NCBI GenBank assembly: GCA_963829295.1 | Contig: CAWHHU010000006.1 | Coordinates: forward strand, 198,200 to 262,199 | Direction of reading: 5' to 3' | Length of the DNA stretch: 64,000 nucleotides | DNA from: an uncultured Chloroflexia bacterium | GTDB taxonomy: Bacteria; Chloroflexota; Limnocylindria; Limnocylindrales; CSP1-4 | In this document: positions 27,634 through 39,597 of the stretch, piece after piece | Numbering within the stretch: position 1 is the first letter of the stretch | How the letters are laid out: every line of letters begins with the position of its first letter | The notes under the pieces: model-generated | What the model saw: only the letters and a program-made list of their open reading frames with translations | Databases searched by the model: none | Told to the model about the DNA's origin: nothing | Program-made: the position numbers and the translations under genes

Positions 27634-28754
27634 CGCACCTCCACCATCTTCGCGGCCATCTGGATCAATTCCATCGAAAGCGGGTCGCGGCCACCCACCT
27701 CGAGCGCCTCGCCCAGGAGCTCGATGTCGTTGCTCCGCGGAGCCCTGAAGGTCCGGTCCATCGCCTGGACCCCGTCGAGCCAGGTGTGGACGTGGACGTT
27801 CTCGGCCTCGGCCGTGACGTCCGCGCGCATCTCCGAGCCGCGACGCTCGGCCAGGATCTCCACCCGGAGCGTGGTCCCGGGGCGCATCTTCGAGCCCACG
27901 GGGCGAATGAACACGCCGATGTCGTTGGCGTGTGCGCGGAGCCGTCCGTGCAGGCCGCGGTGGAGCGGGGGTCGCTCGCCGGGATGCGGCCGTCGGGGAG
28001 GTGGGACCGCACCGCGCGCCCCCGGCTCGATCGGGTGCATCGGCGAGAGCACGCTCATGCCCAGCCGCGATGCGATCCAGGCGACGTGATACACGGGCTT
28101 GACGACGTTGGTCGTGCCGGGCGCTCCCGTCTCGTCGTGCGTGCCGTAGGTGACCGAGATCCGTCGGATATGGGTCAGGAACGGGAGAAAGTCGGGCAGG
28201 TCGAACACGGTGGCGATCGCCTCGCGCCAGCGGCTCTGGCGGACGAGGGCAAAGTCGCGGACGGAGAGCCGGGGGAAGCGTCGATACAGGTCGGCCAGCT
28301 GGCGCAGCCGGTCGAGGCCGTCGCCGGACCAGCTGGCACCGTCGACGATCAGGCGATCGGTGCCTTCGAGCAGCTCCAGGGCGGGCGTCGCGTGGAGCGG
28401 CGGCTCACCCGGCCACCACACGGTGACCGGCAGGTCGTGGATGAGCAGCGGCGCCACCAGGGCCGACAGGTGGCGGCCGGCCTCACCACCGGCCGTGAGG
28501 AAGATGAGCTCGCTGCACGTCTCGGGCGCGTCGGCCCGTGGCAGCACGCAGTGGGCCTGGATCCGCGCGTCGAGCCAGGTCGGCCCGTCGGGGTCTGCTG
28601 ACTGGACGATCAGCGTCCGCGACGGATGACGGCCGGTGAGCAGGCTGATCATCCCGGCCGCGTGCTCACCGACCTCGGGCTGGCGTGCAACCACGACCAG
28701 GTTCATCACCGAGGTCCGGGCCGCGATGTGACGCCCCGACCGTGCCGCCGTCAA
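27630..28754 (-). CDS. opcA: Glucose-6-phosphate dehydrogenase assembly protein OpcA
   Basis: Lies between zwf and pgl, with start overlapping the pgl end. An OpcA-like 'NLVVV' N-terminal region. The true start may be the internal 'MNLVVVARQ'. Confidence 0.65.
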   Translation of the reverse strand: MTAARSGRHIAARTSVMNLVVVARQPEVGEHAAGMISLLTGRHPSRTLIVQSADPDGPTWLDARIQAHCVLPRADAPETCSELIFLTAGGEAGRHLSALVAPLLIHDLPVTVWWPGEPPLHATPALELLEGTDRLIVDGASWSGDGLDRLRQLADLYRRFPRLSVRDFALVRQSRWREAIATVFDLPDFLPFLTHIRRISVTYGTHDETGAPGTTNVVKPVYHVAWIASRLGMSVLSPMHPIEPGARGAVPPPRRPHPGERPPLHRGLHGRLRAHANDIGVFIRPVGSKMRPGTTLRVEILAERRGSEMRADVTAEAENVHVHTWLDGVQAMDRTFRAPRSNDIELLGEALEVGGRDPLSMELIQMAAKMVEVR

Positions 28755-28904
28755 CGGCCACCGTCAGATCGGGCTGCGCCCAGATCCGCGACAGCTCCCG
28801 CTCGACGTCCGAAAGCGAGCGCACGTGCGCGGTCCAGCGCAGGGTGGGCTCGCTCGGTCGCGAGGGTGCGACCCCTCCGCCCTCGCCGCCGGTTGCCCTC
28901 GACG

Positions 28905-30489
28905 CTAGATCCTTCGCCACCGCCGACCCTCCCGGGCGAGCAGGTCGTCGGCGCTGTCCGGACCCCACGAGCCCGCCTCGTAGTTGGGGAAGTCCGGCGC
29001 CGGCATCTGCGCCCAGGCGTCGATCACGGGATCGACGATCGACCATGCCTGCTCGACCTCGTCGGCCCGTGTGAACAGCGAAGCATCACCGAGCAGCACG
29101 TCCAGGATCAGTGTCTCGTAGGCATCAGGGCTGTCGGTCTGGAACGCCGATCCGTAGGTGAAGTCCATGGTGACGTTGCGGACGTCGATCCCGAGCCCCG
29201 GCACCTTGGCGCCGAACCGCAGCATGATCCCCTCGTCCGGCTGGATCCGCATCGCGAGCAGGTTCGGCTCGGGCACGGTGGCGCTCCCCTGGAACAGCTG
29301 GTGGGGCACGTCCTTGAACTGGACCGCGATCTCGGTCGCCCGCTTGGGCAGGCGCTTGCCCATGCGCAGGTAGAAGGGAACCCCCGACCAGCGCCAGTCA
29401 TCGATGGTCAGTCGCGCCGCGATGAAGGTCTCGGTCTCGGATGCCGGGTCGACGGCTGGCTCCTCGCGGTACGCCTTGACCGGCTGTGCCTCCGCCCAGC
29501 CCGGGCCGTACTGCCCCCGTACGACGTCCTGCCGGACCTGCTCAGGCGTGAGCTCCGTGATCGCCCGGATGATCTTGACCTTCTCGTCGCGCAGGGCGTC
29601 GGCCTCGAACGTGGTCGGTGGCTCCATGGCCACCAGCGACAGGAGCTGGAGGAGATGGTTCTGGAGGAAGTCGCGCGAGGCGCCCGTCTCCTCGTAGAAC
29701 GCGCCCCGCCCCTCGATCCCGATCAATTCGGCGACCGTGATCTGGATGTGATCGATGTGGCGCCGGTTCCAGATGGGCTCGAAGATGCCGTTGCCGAACC
29801 GGAACACCAGCAGGTTGCGAACGGTCTCCTTGCCCAGGTAGTGGTCGATGCGGTAGACCTGCCGCTCGCGGAAGACCTTGCCCACCTCGCGGTTGAGGCG
29901 TACGGCCGAGTCCAGGTCGCGCCCGAACGGCTTCTCGATGACCACCCGACGCCAGCCGCCGTCGTGGCGCTCGTGATCGAGGCCCACGCGACCCAGCTGG
30001 GCCACGATCTCCGGGAACGCCGAGGGCTGGGTGGCCATGTAGAACAGCCGGTTGCCACGTGTCCCGCGGTCGTGATCGAGCTGATCGAGGCGTGTCCCAA
30101 GGGCCTCGAATGACGAGGCGTCGGTGAAGTCGCCTCGCTGGTAGACGATCCGCGATGCCAGATCGTCCCAGGTGTCGCGATCGATCGGCAGCACGCGCGA
30201 GTAGCGGTCGAGGGAGGTCTTGAGGTCCTCCCGGAACGCCTCGTCGGTGTACGGGCGGCGGCCGACCGCGACCAGCGTGAACTCATGCGGCAGGAGGTGC
30301 GTGCGCCACAGCTGGTACAGGGCGGGAACGACCTTGCGGTGGGCGAGGTCGCCGGTCGCTCCGAACAGCACGAACGCAGCCGGGTCCGGGACACGCTCCA
30401 GCCTGAGGCCCTCGCGCAGCGGATTCTGGAGCGACCGCGAGGACGACGATCGACGGCGCGACTCGGCGGCCAGCCGCAGCTCCCGCATC
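28905..30489 (-). CDS. zwf: Glucose-6-phosphate 1-dehydrogenase
   Basis: 'LFGATGDLAHRK' (NADP-binding site) and 'RIDHYLGKE' (active-site signature). Start at 'MRELR' (30489), although the ORF track extends to 31115 with no motifs there. Confidence 0.9.
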
Positions 30490-30586
30490 GTTCGCGGGGC
30501 CTCCCTGCGCGACGGGGCCGCCGGCGCCGTCACGGGCGCCGGGTCGGAGGCCGGGTTGGACGTTCCCGAGCGTGGCACGACAGGGT

Positions 30587-31486
<900 letters not shown>

Positions 31487-31597
31487 GTTGCAGGTCTCCG
31501 CTGGGGGATGTCGCTGGTCGGCGATCCCGTCCTGACGACGCCGGCCGCAAGAGCATAGGCCCGTGTGCGTACCGGCGTGCCCGGGCGGCCAGGCCGG

Positions 31598-32101
31598 TCA
31601 GGCCGATCCGGTGCTCCCGCCCATCGAGGCCGCCTCGATCGCCAGCACCTTGTCCAGCCGCCGCCGATGTCGCGGCGCACCCGAGAACTCCGCCGCCAGG
31701 AACGCGAGCGAGCACTCCACGGCCGGCTCGACCCCGATCACGCGGGCCCCCATGGTGAGCACGTTCATGTCGTCGTGCTCCACGCCCTGATGTGCCGAGT
31801 ACGTGTCGTGGCAGATGGCGGCCCGGATCCCGCGCATCTTGTTGATCGCGATCGACGCCCCCACGCCCGACCCGCAGACGAGGATCCCGCGCTCCGCCCG
31901 CCCTTCCTGGAGCGCGAGCCCCATGGCCCGGGAGAAGTCCGGGTAGTCGTCCTCGGGGTCCGAGCCGTCGCCCCCGAGGTCGATCAGCTCGTGGCGTCCG
32001 TCGAGCGCCGCCCCCAGCTTCTCGATGAGCTCCCGCTTGAACGCGGCACCCGCGTGGTCGGCTGACAGCACGACGCGCATCGATCGGCCCTCAGCTGCCA
32101 T
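31598..32101 (-). CDS. rpiB: Ribose-5-phosphate isomerase B
   Basis: '[10 protein letters not shown]' and '[17 protein letters not shown]' are RpiB/LacAB motifs. Start ambiguous (32080-32107); it overlaps the tkt 3' end. Confidence 0.8.
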   Translation of the reverse strand: MAAEGRSMRVVLSADHAGAAFKRELIEKLGAALDGRHELIDLGGDGSDPEDDYPDFSRAMGLALQEGRAERGILVCGSGVGASIAINKMRGIRAAICHDTYSAHQGVEHDDMNVLTMGARVIGVEPAVECSLAFLAAEFSGAPRHRRRLDKVLAIEAASMGGSTGSA

Positions 32102-34178
32102 GTCCATGGCCGATGGTCGGATCGGATACCCCAACCCGACCCCGGAGCCCGTCGCGTACGACGCGCCGCCCGATGTCGGTCACGTGATCGGCGGTGAACC
32201 CGAACGCTTCGAAGATCGTGGCCGCCGGCGAGCTCGCGCCGAACCGGTCCAGCCCGAGGATGGCGCCCTCGTCTCCGACCCAGCGCTCCCAGCCCAGCGA
32301 GACGCCGGCCTCGACCGAGACCCGCTTCCGGACGGCCGGCGGGAGGACCGAATCCCGGTATGCCTGGTCCTGGGCGTCGAAGCGCTCCCAGCACGGCAGG
32401 CTGACCACGCGGGTGGGGATGCCATCCGCCTCCAGCGACTCCGCCGCGGCTGCGCACAGCTGCAGCTCCGAGCCGGTCCCGATCAGGATCAGCTGGGGCA
32501 CCCCCCCCGACGCATCGCGCAGCACGTAGCCGCCGCGCCGGACGCCGTCGCGGGCCCGCTCCCCGGTACCCGGCAGGGTGGGCAGCTTCTGGCGGGTGAG
32601 GGCGAGGCCCACCGGCCCCGGCTCGGCGCCCTCGATCGACGGCCGCTCGACCGCCATCGCCCAGGCGGCGACCGCCTCGTTCGCGTCGCCGGGTCGCACG
32701 AACCACAGGTTGGGGATGGCGCGCAGCGCTGCGTCGTGCTCGACGGGCTGGTGGGTCGGGCCGTCCTCGCCCAGACCCACGCTGTCGTGCGTCCAGACAT
32801 AGGTCACGTGGAGCCCGCTCAGGGCGGCCAGCCGAACGGCGCCGCGCATGTAGTCGCTGAACGTGAGGAACGTGGCCGCGTAGGGCAGGAACCCCCCGTG
32901 GCAGGCGATCCCGTTGACGATCCCGCCCATCGCATGCTCGCGGACACCGAACCGCAGGTTGCGACCGGGATGGTCGGCTTCGAAGTGGTCCGGGCCGTTG
33001 GCCTTCACGTCGGTCAGGTTCGACTCAGACAGGTCGGCCGAGCCGCCGAACAGCTCCGGCAACGCCGCGGCGATGGCCTGGATCGCATCCTGGCTCGCGT
33101 TGCGGGTGGCGAGCTGTGCCCCGACCTCATAGGCCGGGAGCCCGGCGCCCCAGCCGGAGGGCAGCACCCCCGACAGGCGGCGCTGGAGCTCAGCGGCCTC
33201 GGCGGGGAATGCGGTCGCGTAGGCATCGAGGCGGGCGTTCCACTCGGCCACCAGGTCGCGCCCGGCGTCCACCGCGCGGCGGAACAGCGCTCGCGCCTCG
33301 TCGGGGACGTAGAAGCTTCGATCCGGGTCCCAGCCGTAGGCCTCCTTCGTCAACCGCACCTCTTCCGCGCCGAGCGCGGCGCCGTGGGCCTTCTGGCTGT
33401 CGTGCTTGTTCGGGCTGCCGAAGCCGATGTGGGTCCGGACGGCGATGATCGACGGCCGCTCGTCCGCCTTGGCCGCCTCGATCGCGTCCGAGATCGCCTG
33501 GACGTCGTTGCCATCCTCGATGCGCTGCGTGTGCCAGCCGTAGGCGGCGAAGCGGCCCGGGACGTCCTCGCTGAACGCCCAGGCGGTCGGCCCGTCGAGC
33601 TGGATGTGGTTGTCGTCGTAGAGGGCGATCAGCTTGCCCAGCCGGAGATGGCCGGCCAGCGAGCACGCCTCCGACGCGACACCCTCCTGCAGGTCGCCGT
33701 CGGAGCACAGCGTGTACGTCCGATGGTCGATGATCTCGTGGCCCGGCCGGTTGAGCTCGGCGGCCAGCCGGCGCTCCGCGATCGCCATCCCGATCGCATT
33801 GGTCAGCCCCTGGCCGAGCGGTCCGGTCGTCGCCTCCACGCCCGGCGTCAGGCGGTACTCGGGGTGTCCGGGCGTGATCGACCCCCACTGGCGGAACGAC
33901 TCGAGGTCCTCGAGCGAGACGTCGTACCCGGTCAGGTGGAGCAGCGAGTACAACAGCATCGACGCATGGCCGGCGGACAGCACGAAGCGGTCGCGGTTGG
34001 GCCAGTCAGGCTGTGTCGGCGAGTGGCGCAGATGACGCGCCCACAGCGCATAGGCCATCGGTGCGGCGCCCATCGGGGCGCCCGGGTGGCCAGAGTTGGC
34101 CTTCTGGACGCCATCGATCGAGAGGGTGCGGATGGTGTCGACGGCCAGCTGGTCGAGGTGGTTCGCGTCAAGGGTCAT
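32091..34178 (-). CDS. tkt: Transketolase
   Basis: '[11 protein letters not shown]' (TPP-binding N-terminus) and 'DGPTHQ' (transketolase signature 2). Start at 'MTLDANHL'. Confidence 0.9.
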   Translation of the reverse strand: MTLDANHLDQLAVDTIRTLSIDGVQKANSGHPGAPMGAAPMAYALWARHLRHSPTQPDWPNRDRFVLSAGHASMLLYSLLHLTGYDVSLEDLESFRQWGSITPGHPEYRLTPGVEATTGPLGQGLTNAIGMAIAERRLAAELNRPGHEIIDHRTYTLCSDGDLQEGVASEACSLAGHLRLGKLIALYDDNHIQLDGPTAWAFSEDVPGRFAAYGWHTQRIEDGNDVQAISDAIEAAKADERPSIIAVRTHIGFGSPNKHDSQKAHGAALGAEEVRLTKEAYGWDPDRSFYVPDEARALFRRAVDAGRDLVAEWNARLDAYATAFPAEAAELQRRLSGVLPSGWGAGLPAYEVGAQLATRNASQDAIQAIAAALPELFGGSADLSESNLTDVKANGPDHFEADHPGRNLRFGVREHAMGGIVNGIACHGGFLPYAATFLTFSDYMRGAVRLAALSGLHVTYVWTHDSVGLGEDGPTHQPVEHDAALRAIPNLWFVRPGDANEAVAAWAMAVERPSIEGAEPGPVGLALTRQKLPTLPGTGERARDGVRRGGYVLRDASGGVPQLILIGTGSELQLCAAAAESLEADGIPTRVVSLPCWERFDAQDQAYRDSVLPPAVRKRVSVEAGVSLGWERWVGDEGAILGLDRFGASSPAATIFEAFGFTADHVTDIGRRVVRDGLRGRVGVSDPTIGHGHGS

Positions 34179-34430
34179 CGCTGTCTCCGGGTTCGAGACG
34201 CTGATCGACCGGGCCAGGCTATGCGGCCGGTCGGGATGACCGGCGCCCCCGGCACGGCGCCTGTATCGCGGCATCTCGGGCAGGCGTGCCGCGTGGCTCC
34301 AATCGTACCGCTCTCACGGGATCGCAGGGCCTTAGCCGGCTTGGCACGCACCGTCGCTGCCAACCATGAGCTCCCCGGCACCGTTGGCTCCACCGCGATC
34401 ACCGACCCGCTCGGGGTCTATCCTCGGTCG

Positions 34431-35414
34431 ATGCCGGTCATCGCCTCCCCGTACCGCATCCGGCCTCGTCGCCAGCCCGCAGAGCGACCGCGGGTCGTCG
34501 TCGTCGGCGACCTCGTGCTCGACGTCGTGCTGGCGCCTGCCGGGTCGCTCGTGCGGGGCAGCGACGTCCCGGGCCGGGTGCTCGTCCGCCAGGGCGGATC
34601 GGCGACCACGACCGCGCGCTGGCTCGGCCGGCTGGGCGTCATCACGACCCTCGTGTGCGCCGTCGGCCGGGATGCGGCCGCCCGAGCCCTGATCGCCGCG
34701 GCCTCGGCGGATCGGGTCGACGTGCGCGCGGTCCGTGTCGCGGGGGCGCACACAGGGCGGATCGGCGTCGTCGTGGAGCCCGAAGGAGAACGCTCCTTCG
34801 TCCAGGATCGGGCGGCCGCGCTGCGGCTGCGGCCCGAGGATCTCCGTCCGGCGTGGTTCACGGGTGTGGACGCCGTGCATCTGCCGATCTACTCGCTGCT
34901 CGACGAGCCGCTGGGTCGCGCCGGCATGGCGGCGATTCGCGTCGGGCGCGAAGCCGGCGCGCTGGTGACCGTCGATCTCGCCTCGAGCGGGCCGCTCCGC
35001 GAGGTCGGGCGGCGCGCCTCCGTGGCGCTGATCCGTGAGGCCGCCCCCGACGTGCTGTTCGCCACCCGCGAGGAGTCCAGGGCGCTGGTGGGTCCGAAGC
35101 ACGAGGAGCGCCTCTTGGACCTCGCCCCGGTGGCCGTTGTCAAACGGGGCCGCAAGGGCGTCACGATCCTGGCCCGGCAGCCGGAGCCCGAGGCACGCGG
35201 CCAGCTCCGGTTCGAGGTCGCCACCACGGCCGTCCGGGCGACCGACACGACCGGGGCGGGCGACGCGTTCGATGCCGGGTTCCTGTCGGGCTGGCTCGAT
35301 GGCCGGCGGCGGGGCCTGGCCCCGGCGGCCGCGCTGCAGCGAGGGGCGGTCGCGGGCAACAGGGCGGCCCTGCGGCACCTGTCCAGCCCGCCGGGGGAGA
35401 TCCCCCTCGGCTGA
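34431..35414 (+). CDS. PfkB-family carbohydrate/nucleoside kinase (ribokinase-like)
   Basis: 'VVVVGDLVLDVV' N-terminus and C-terminal 'DTTGAGDAFDAGFL' (PfkB signature 2). Confidence 0.75.
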   Translation: MPVIASPYRIRPRRQPAERPRVVVVGDLVLDVVLAPAGSLVRGSDVPGRVLVRQGGSATTTARWLGRLGVITTLVCAVGRDAAARALIAAASADRVDVRAVRVAGAHTGRIGVVVEPEGERSFVQDRAAALRLRPEDLRPAWFTGVDAVHLPIYSLLDEPLGRAGMAAIRVGREAGALVTVDLASSGPLREVGRRASVALIREAAPDVLFATREESRALVGPKHEERLLDLAPVAVVKRGRKGVTILARQPEPEARGQLRFEVATTAVRATDTTGAGDAFDAGFLSGWLDGRRRGLAPAAALQRGAVAGNRAALRHLSSPPGEIPLG

Positions 35415-35440
35415 GCGGTCACACCGCCGGCGCGCCGCCC

Positions 35441-36103
35441 TCAGCCGTTGCGGACCCTGAGCCCGAGGTGGGCCGCGAGCAACGGCGCGAGATCCACCAG
35501 CTGGTCCCGGGCGATCGTTGCACCGCGCAGGCTCCCGAGCCCGCGCACCAGCCGCAGGGCCGCACCCGACAGGTCGACATCGGCAAGCCTCGCGTCCTCG
35601 ACGACCAGCTCACCGATCTCGCAGGCCTCGAAGCGCATCGTCCGCACGCGCGACCCGGTCAGATCCAGCTCCCCGATGGTGCAGCCTTCGAAGGCGAGGT
35701 CGTTCAGCCGCCCTCGGCTGAGATCCAGCAGGTCGACCTTGCCGCCCCGCACCCGGACGCTGCTCCAGCCGGCTTCGGCGGCACCCAGGACCCCGATCCG
35801 GGCGTCGGCGAGCAGGGTGTCGCGGATGATGCTCGCGGTCAGATCGATGCTGGCGGCCTGGCATTCCGACAGCAGGCACTCGCCGATGCGCGCGCGAGGC
35901 ATGGCGAGCCCGTCGAGCCTGCAACGCGTGATCCGGCAGCGAAGGAACCCGGCGGCGTCCGCTCGCTGGCCCGACAGGTCGAGGCCCGCAACGTCGGCCG
36001 CCTCGTAATCGACCTGCGGCTCCAGCCGCGCCCCGGCGAAGGGCGTGAGCTCCGGCAGCTCGATCGATGGGGCAGGCCCGGGGCGCCGGTCTCGGCCCGA
36101 CAT
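35441..36103 (-). CDS. Pentapeptide-repeat protein (MfpA/Qnr-like)
   Basis: Runs of A(D/N)LxG-type pentapeptides ('ADLSG','LDLTG','VDLSGA'). Its start abuts the stop of the upstream S9 peptidase gene. Confidence 0.65.
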   Translation of the reverse strand: MSGRDRRPGPAPSIELPELTPFAGARLEPQVDYEAADVAGLDLSGQRADAAGFLRCRITRCRLDGLAMPRARIGECLLSECQAASIDLTASIIRDTLLADARIGVLGAAEAGWSSVRVRGGKVDLLDLSRGRLNDLAFEGCTIGELDLTGSRVRTMRFEACEIGELVVEDARLADVDLSGAALRLVRGLGSLRGATIARDQLVDLAPLLAAHLGLRVRNG

Positions 36104-38155
36104 CTAGAGGTGCCGGTCGAACCAGTCGAGGACCCGTGTCATCCGGTCGATGCGGCGGTCGATCCGTCCCGTCGCCTGGATCACGTGGAACTCGTCCGGG
36201 TAGAGCACGTACTCGACCTCGCGGCCCAGCCATCGGAGCGCGACGAACAGCTGCTCGTTGTCCGAGCTGGGGCAGCGCCGGTCCGCCTCCGACTGGAGCA
36301 TCAGCAGCGGCGTCCGGACGTTGGCCACGTTGCGCAGCGGGGACTGGCGCCACAGCAGCGCGACCCCTTGGGGCGTCGTCGGATCTCCCATCTGCGCCGC
36401 CCTGCAGTACTCGGGGCCCTCGTCGCTGTGGGCCCAGGCGGAGACCTGGTTGGTGACGCCGTTCTCCGAGACCGCCGCCCGGAAGCGGTCGGTCGTCCCG
36501 ACCAGCCAGTTGATCATGAACCCGCCGTACGAGAGGCCGAGCGCGCCCAGTCGCCCCGGATCGGCCAGCCCGAGCTCGATGACGTGATCCAGCGCCGCAT
36601 GGACGTCGGCCGCGTCGACCCCACCCCAGTCGCCCAGCTGGGGGGAGATCCAATCGGCCCCGTACGTGGCCGAGCCGCGGATGTTGGGCAGCACGACGCG
36701 ATAGCCGCGCGCGCACAGCAGCACGACCTCGAGCGATGGCGCGGGCGCCCAGGCGCCCAGCGGTCCGCCGTGGACGTCGACGATCGTGGGCAGCGGGTCG
36801 GCGCCTGAGCCTGCCGGTGACGCGATCCAGGTCTCGATCGGGCCGCCCGGGCCTGGGGCCTCCACCACTCGCATCTCCGGCCAGGTGCGGCGTCGGGTCC
36901 ACCTGGAGCCGATCGTCGTCAGCGGGCGCACGGTGCCCGACCGCTCGATCAGGCACAGCTCCGGGGGTCGGGCGCCAACCGTGGCCGTGACGGTGATCCG
37001 GTCCGCGCCCAGGGCGAGCGTCTGGCACATCACGTCGCCCGTGGCCAGCCGTTCAGGCTCGCCGGCCGCGACCCCCGTGCCGGGGTCGAACGGGAATCGC
37101 CAGGGATGGGTCCGACCGCGATCGGAGACGAGGGCGACGATGGTGGTGGATCCCGCCCACAGCGGCCCGGGTCTCGCCTCGGCCATCCAACCCGTGAGAT
37201 CCGTGTCGGCCCAGTTGCCGATCGGCCGGTCCAGGTCGGGGGCCAGGGCGACGGCTGGACGCGAGCCATTCGTCGGACGGACGAACAGGGTGGGGGAAAG
37301 GTCGTCGAACGGCCGCTCGACATCGACCCCGACGCCCGCGATCCAGGCACCATCGGGCGCCCAGGCCGGCGCTCGCACGGGGCCAGCCAGGGCCAGGATC
37401 TCGCGCGGCTCGGCCTGCCCCGGAGACGGCGCGGTGGTTCGGTCGATCGCGACCGACCAGATCGAGGTGCGCGGGTTGCGGTCGGCATCCGGACGCGGAT
37501 CGGCGACGAAGGCGATTGCCCCGCCGTCGGGCCGCCATGCGAGCCCGGACACCCCGCGCTCCACGTGCGTCACCTGCCGGGCGCGCCCGCCACCGGCGGC
37601 CGGAACGACGTGGAGCTGGCTGCGGCGGTCGACATAGCCCTGCTCGTCATACCGGTAATCGAGTCGCGTGACACGCCGCGCGAGCGGCTCACCGTGATCG
37701 GGCTTGTCACCCACGATGAACCGCTGCGGGTCCGCCTCGGCCGTGAACGCGAGCGAGCGCCCATCGGGTGACCAGGCGATCTCGCCGGCGGACAGCTCCC
37801 CCAGCGCGAGCGTGACCGGCTCGCCACCGGCGAGATCGAGCACGCGGATCGATGCCGGCGCGTCCTCGTTGGCGGGGTCGCGGCGGGTGAACGCGACGCG
37901 CCGGCCGTCGGGCGAGATGGTGGGCCGCATGTCACGGAACGGGCCGGTGGTCAGCCGCCGGGGGGCGCCGCCGCGGCCATGCTTGTCGATGACGACCTGC
38001 CACAGGCTCGAGACGTAGCGCTCGCCCTCCACGACCCGGCGCGAGATGATCGCGAACGAGCCGTCCGGGGCGAGGTCGTGCTCCTCCACGACCACCTGGT
38101 GACGCAGGATCTCGGGAGTCGGGGGCCGGCCCGATCGGCTCGTCTGCTCATCCAT
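36104..38155 (-). CDS. S9-family serine peptidase (prolyl oligopeptidase/acylaminoacyl-peptidase type) with N-terminal beta-propeller
   Basis: C-terminal catalytic domain 'GLSYGGFM' (a GxSxGG nucleophile), with later Asp and His. Start at 'MDEQTS' (38155); the track ORF extends to 38287 through a repeat. Confidence 0.8.
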   Translation of the reverse strand: MDEQTSRSGRPPTPEILRHQVVVEEHDLAPDGSFAIISRRVVEGERYVSSLWQVVIDKHGRGGAPRRLTTGPFRDMRPTISPDGRRVAFTRRDPANEDAPASIRVLDLAGGEPVTLALGELSAGEIAWSPDGRSLAFTAEADPQRFIVGDKPDHGEPLARRVTRLDYRYDEQGYVDRRSQLHVVPAAGGGRARQVTHVERGVSGLAWRPDGGAIAFVADPRPDADRNPRTSIWSVAIDRTTAPSPGQAEPREILALAGPVRAPAWAPDGAWIAGVGVDVERPFDDLSPTLFVRPTNGSRPAVALAPDLDRPIGNWADTDLTGWMAEARPGPLWAGSTTIVALVSDRGRTHPWRFPFDPGTGVAAGEPERLATGDVMCQTLALGADRITVTATVGARPPELCLIERSGTVRPLTTIGSRWTRRRTWPEMRVVEAPGPGGPIETWIASPAGSGADPLPTIVDVHGGPLGAWAPAPSLEVVLLCARGYRVVLPNIRGSATYGADWISPQLGDWGGVDAADVHAALDHVIELGLADPGRLGALGLSYGGFMINWLVGTTDRFRAAVSENGVTNQVSAWAHSDEGPEYCRAAQMGDPTTPQGVALLWRQSPLRNVANVRTPLLMLQSEADRRCPSSDNEQLFVALRWLGREVEYVLYPDEFHVIQATGRIDRRIDRMTRVLDWFDRHL

Positions 38156-38199
38156 GACACCAGCGTATCGGGGGCCGGTCTCGCCGTCTTCGTCGATGC

Positions 38200-38272
38200 G
38201 CCCTCCGGGCTGAACGAGCCGCCCTCCGGGCTGAACGAGCCGTGAACGAGCCGCCCTCCGGGCTGAACGAGC
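38200..38272. repeat. Tandem 21-bp direct repeat gccctccgggctgaacgagcc (3 copies, one interrupted by gtgaacgagcc) in the divergent intergenic region
   Basis: Read directly; it lies between the S9 peptidase start (38155, minus) and the psuG start (38366, plus). Confidence 0.85.
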
Positions 38273-38365
38273 GCCATCCGGACCCACGTTCAGGGCTCGA
38301 TGCCCTTCCGGTCCGGCGGTCGATCGATCCTCGCTGCCTGACCGTCTGGGCGCTACGCTCAGCAG

Positions 38366-39310
38366 ATGCTGAGCCCCGAGCGTCTCGCCGTGGCCCCGGA
38401 CATCGCGGACGCCCTGCGCGATGGACGGCCGGTGGTCGCCCTCGAGTCAACCCTGATCAGCCATGGGCTCCCGTACCCGCAGAACGTGGAGGTGGCGGCG
38501 GCCTCGGAGCGGGCGGTCCGCGGGGCGGGCGCCGAGCCGGCGACGATCGCCGTGCGCGATGGTCGCTTGCTGGTAGGTCTCTCGGCGGACGAGCTGGAGG
38601 CGCTGGCGACGGCCCCGTCGGGCGCCGTGCGCAAGGTCTCCCGCGGCAACCTCGGCGCCGCGATCGCCGCCGGCGGCTGGGGCGCGACCACGGTCGCGGC
38701 AACGATGATCGTGGCACATGCGGTCGGCATCCGCGTGTTCTCGACCGGCGGGATCGGAGGCGTCCATCGCGGAGCGCTGGCGACCATCCCGGGCGGTCCG
38801 CCGCCCAGCCTGGACATCTCGGCCGATCTCGAGGAGCTGGCGCATACGCCTGTCGCCGTGGTGTGCGCCGGGCCGAAGGCGATCCTGGACGTCCCACTCA
38901 CGCTCGAGTATCTCGAGACGCGGGGCGTGCCCGTCGTGGCCGTGGGGATCGAGGAGGTCCCGGGGTTCTACGCTCGCGGCAGCGGGATCCGGGCACCCAT
39001 CAGCGTGCCGGACCTGCAGGCGGCCGCTGACGTGATCCGGGCGCACGTGGAGCTGGGGCTGGGATCGGGCCTGGTCATCTGCAACCCGGTTCCGGAGGCC
39101 GATGCGCTTCCCGACGACGCGACACGCAGCGCCGTGGATCGTGCGGTCCGCGAAGCGGAGCATCTGGGTGTCACCGGCGGTGCCCTCACCCCGTGGCTGC
39201 TCGCCCGGGTGGCGTCCATCACCGAGGGCGCCTCTGTGCGGGCGAACGTGTCGCTGATCGTCAACAACGCCCGGGCCGGCGGTCAGCTCGCGGTCGAGCT
39301 CGGGCGCTGA
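38366..39310 (+). CDS. psuG: Pseudouridine-5'-phosphate glycosidase
   Basis: Whole-length similarity to the PsuG/IndA fold ('ALESTLISHG', 'GGIGGVHRGA'). Confidence 0.8.
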   Translation: MLSPERLAVAPDIADALRDGRPVVALESTLISHGLPYPQNVEVAAASERAVRGAGAEPATIAVRDGRLLVGLSADELEALATAPSGAVRKVSRGNLGAAIAAGGWGATTVAATMIVAHAVGIRVFSTGGIGGVHRGALATIPGGPPPSLDISADLEELAHTPVAVVCAGPKAILDVPLTLEYLETRGVPVVAVGIEEVPGFYARGSGIRAPISVPDLQAAADVIRAHVELGLGSGLVICNPVPEADALPDDATRSAVDRAVREAEHLGVTGGALTPWLLARVASITEGASVRANVSLIVNNARAGGQLAVELGR

Positions 39311-39597
39311 CCGGGCTCGGGGCGAGGCCTGGTCAGGCGCCATGGGCTGTGGCCCGCGGTCACCGGAACCGGCATCCCACCTATCGAGATCGTTGTCCTC
39401 CCCTCGTGGCGACCTCGTCTCGTGTGCGACCTCGCCTTGTGCGCGGCTCGGGCGCTGGCTACACTCGCGGCGACCGCCAATCTTCCGATCCAGCGAGCGT
39501 CTCGCCCCGGGATCGTGGCCCGTTGGACCGGACGACCGGGCTCGTAGCGGCCGGGCGCCGACCGGGGGCGGCAAGCGCCTCGGTGAGGGAGCAGCGT

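Noticed and set aside
32025-35414. A 1129-aa ORF on the plus strand
   Set aside because: For most of its length it is antisense to transketolase and has an Arg/Gly/Pro-rich composition with no motifs, an artefact of high GC. Only its last ~328 codons (34431-35414) form a real PfkB kinase gene.
37951-38287. ORFs reading through the 21-bp tandem repeats as protein ('SGLNEPPSGLNEP', 'LVQPGGRLVQPGGR')
   Set aside because: The peptide repeats are a by-product of the DNA repeat. The S9 peptidase has a clean start at MDEQ (38155) and there is no RBS for the longer forms.
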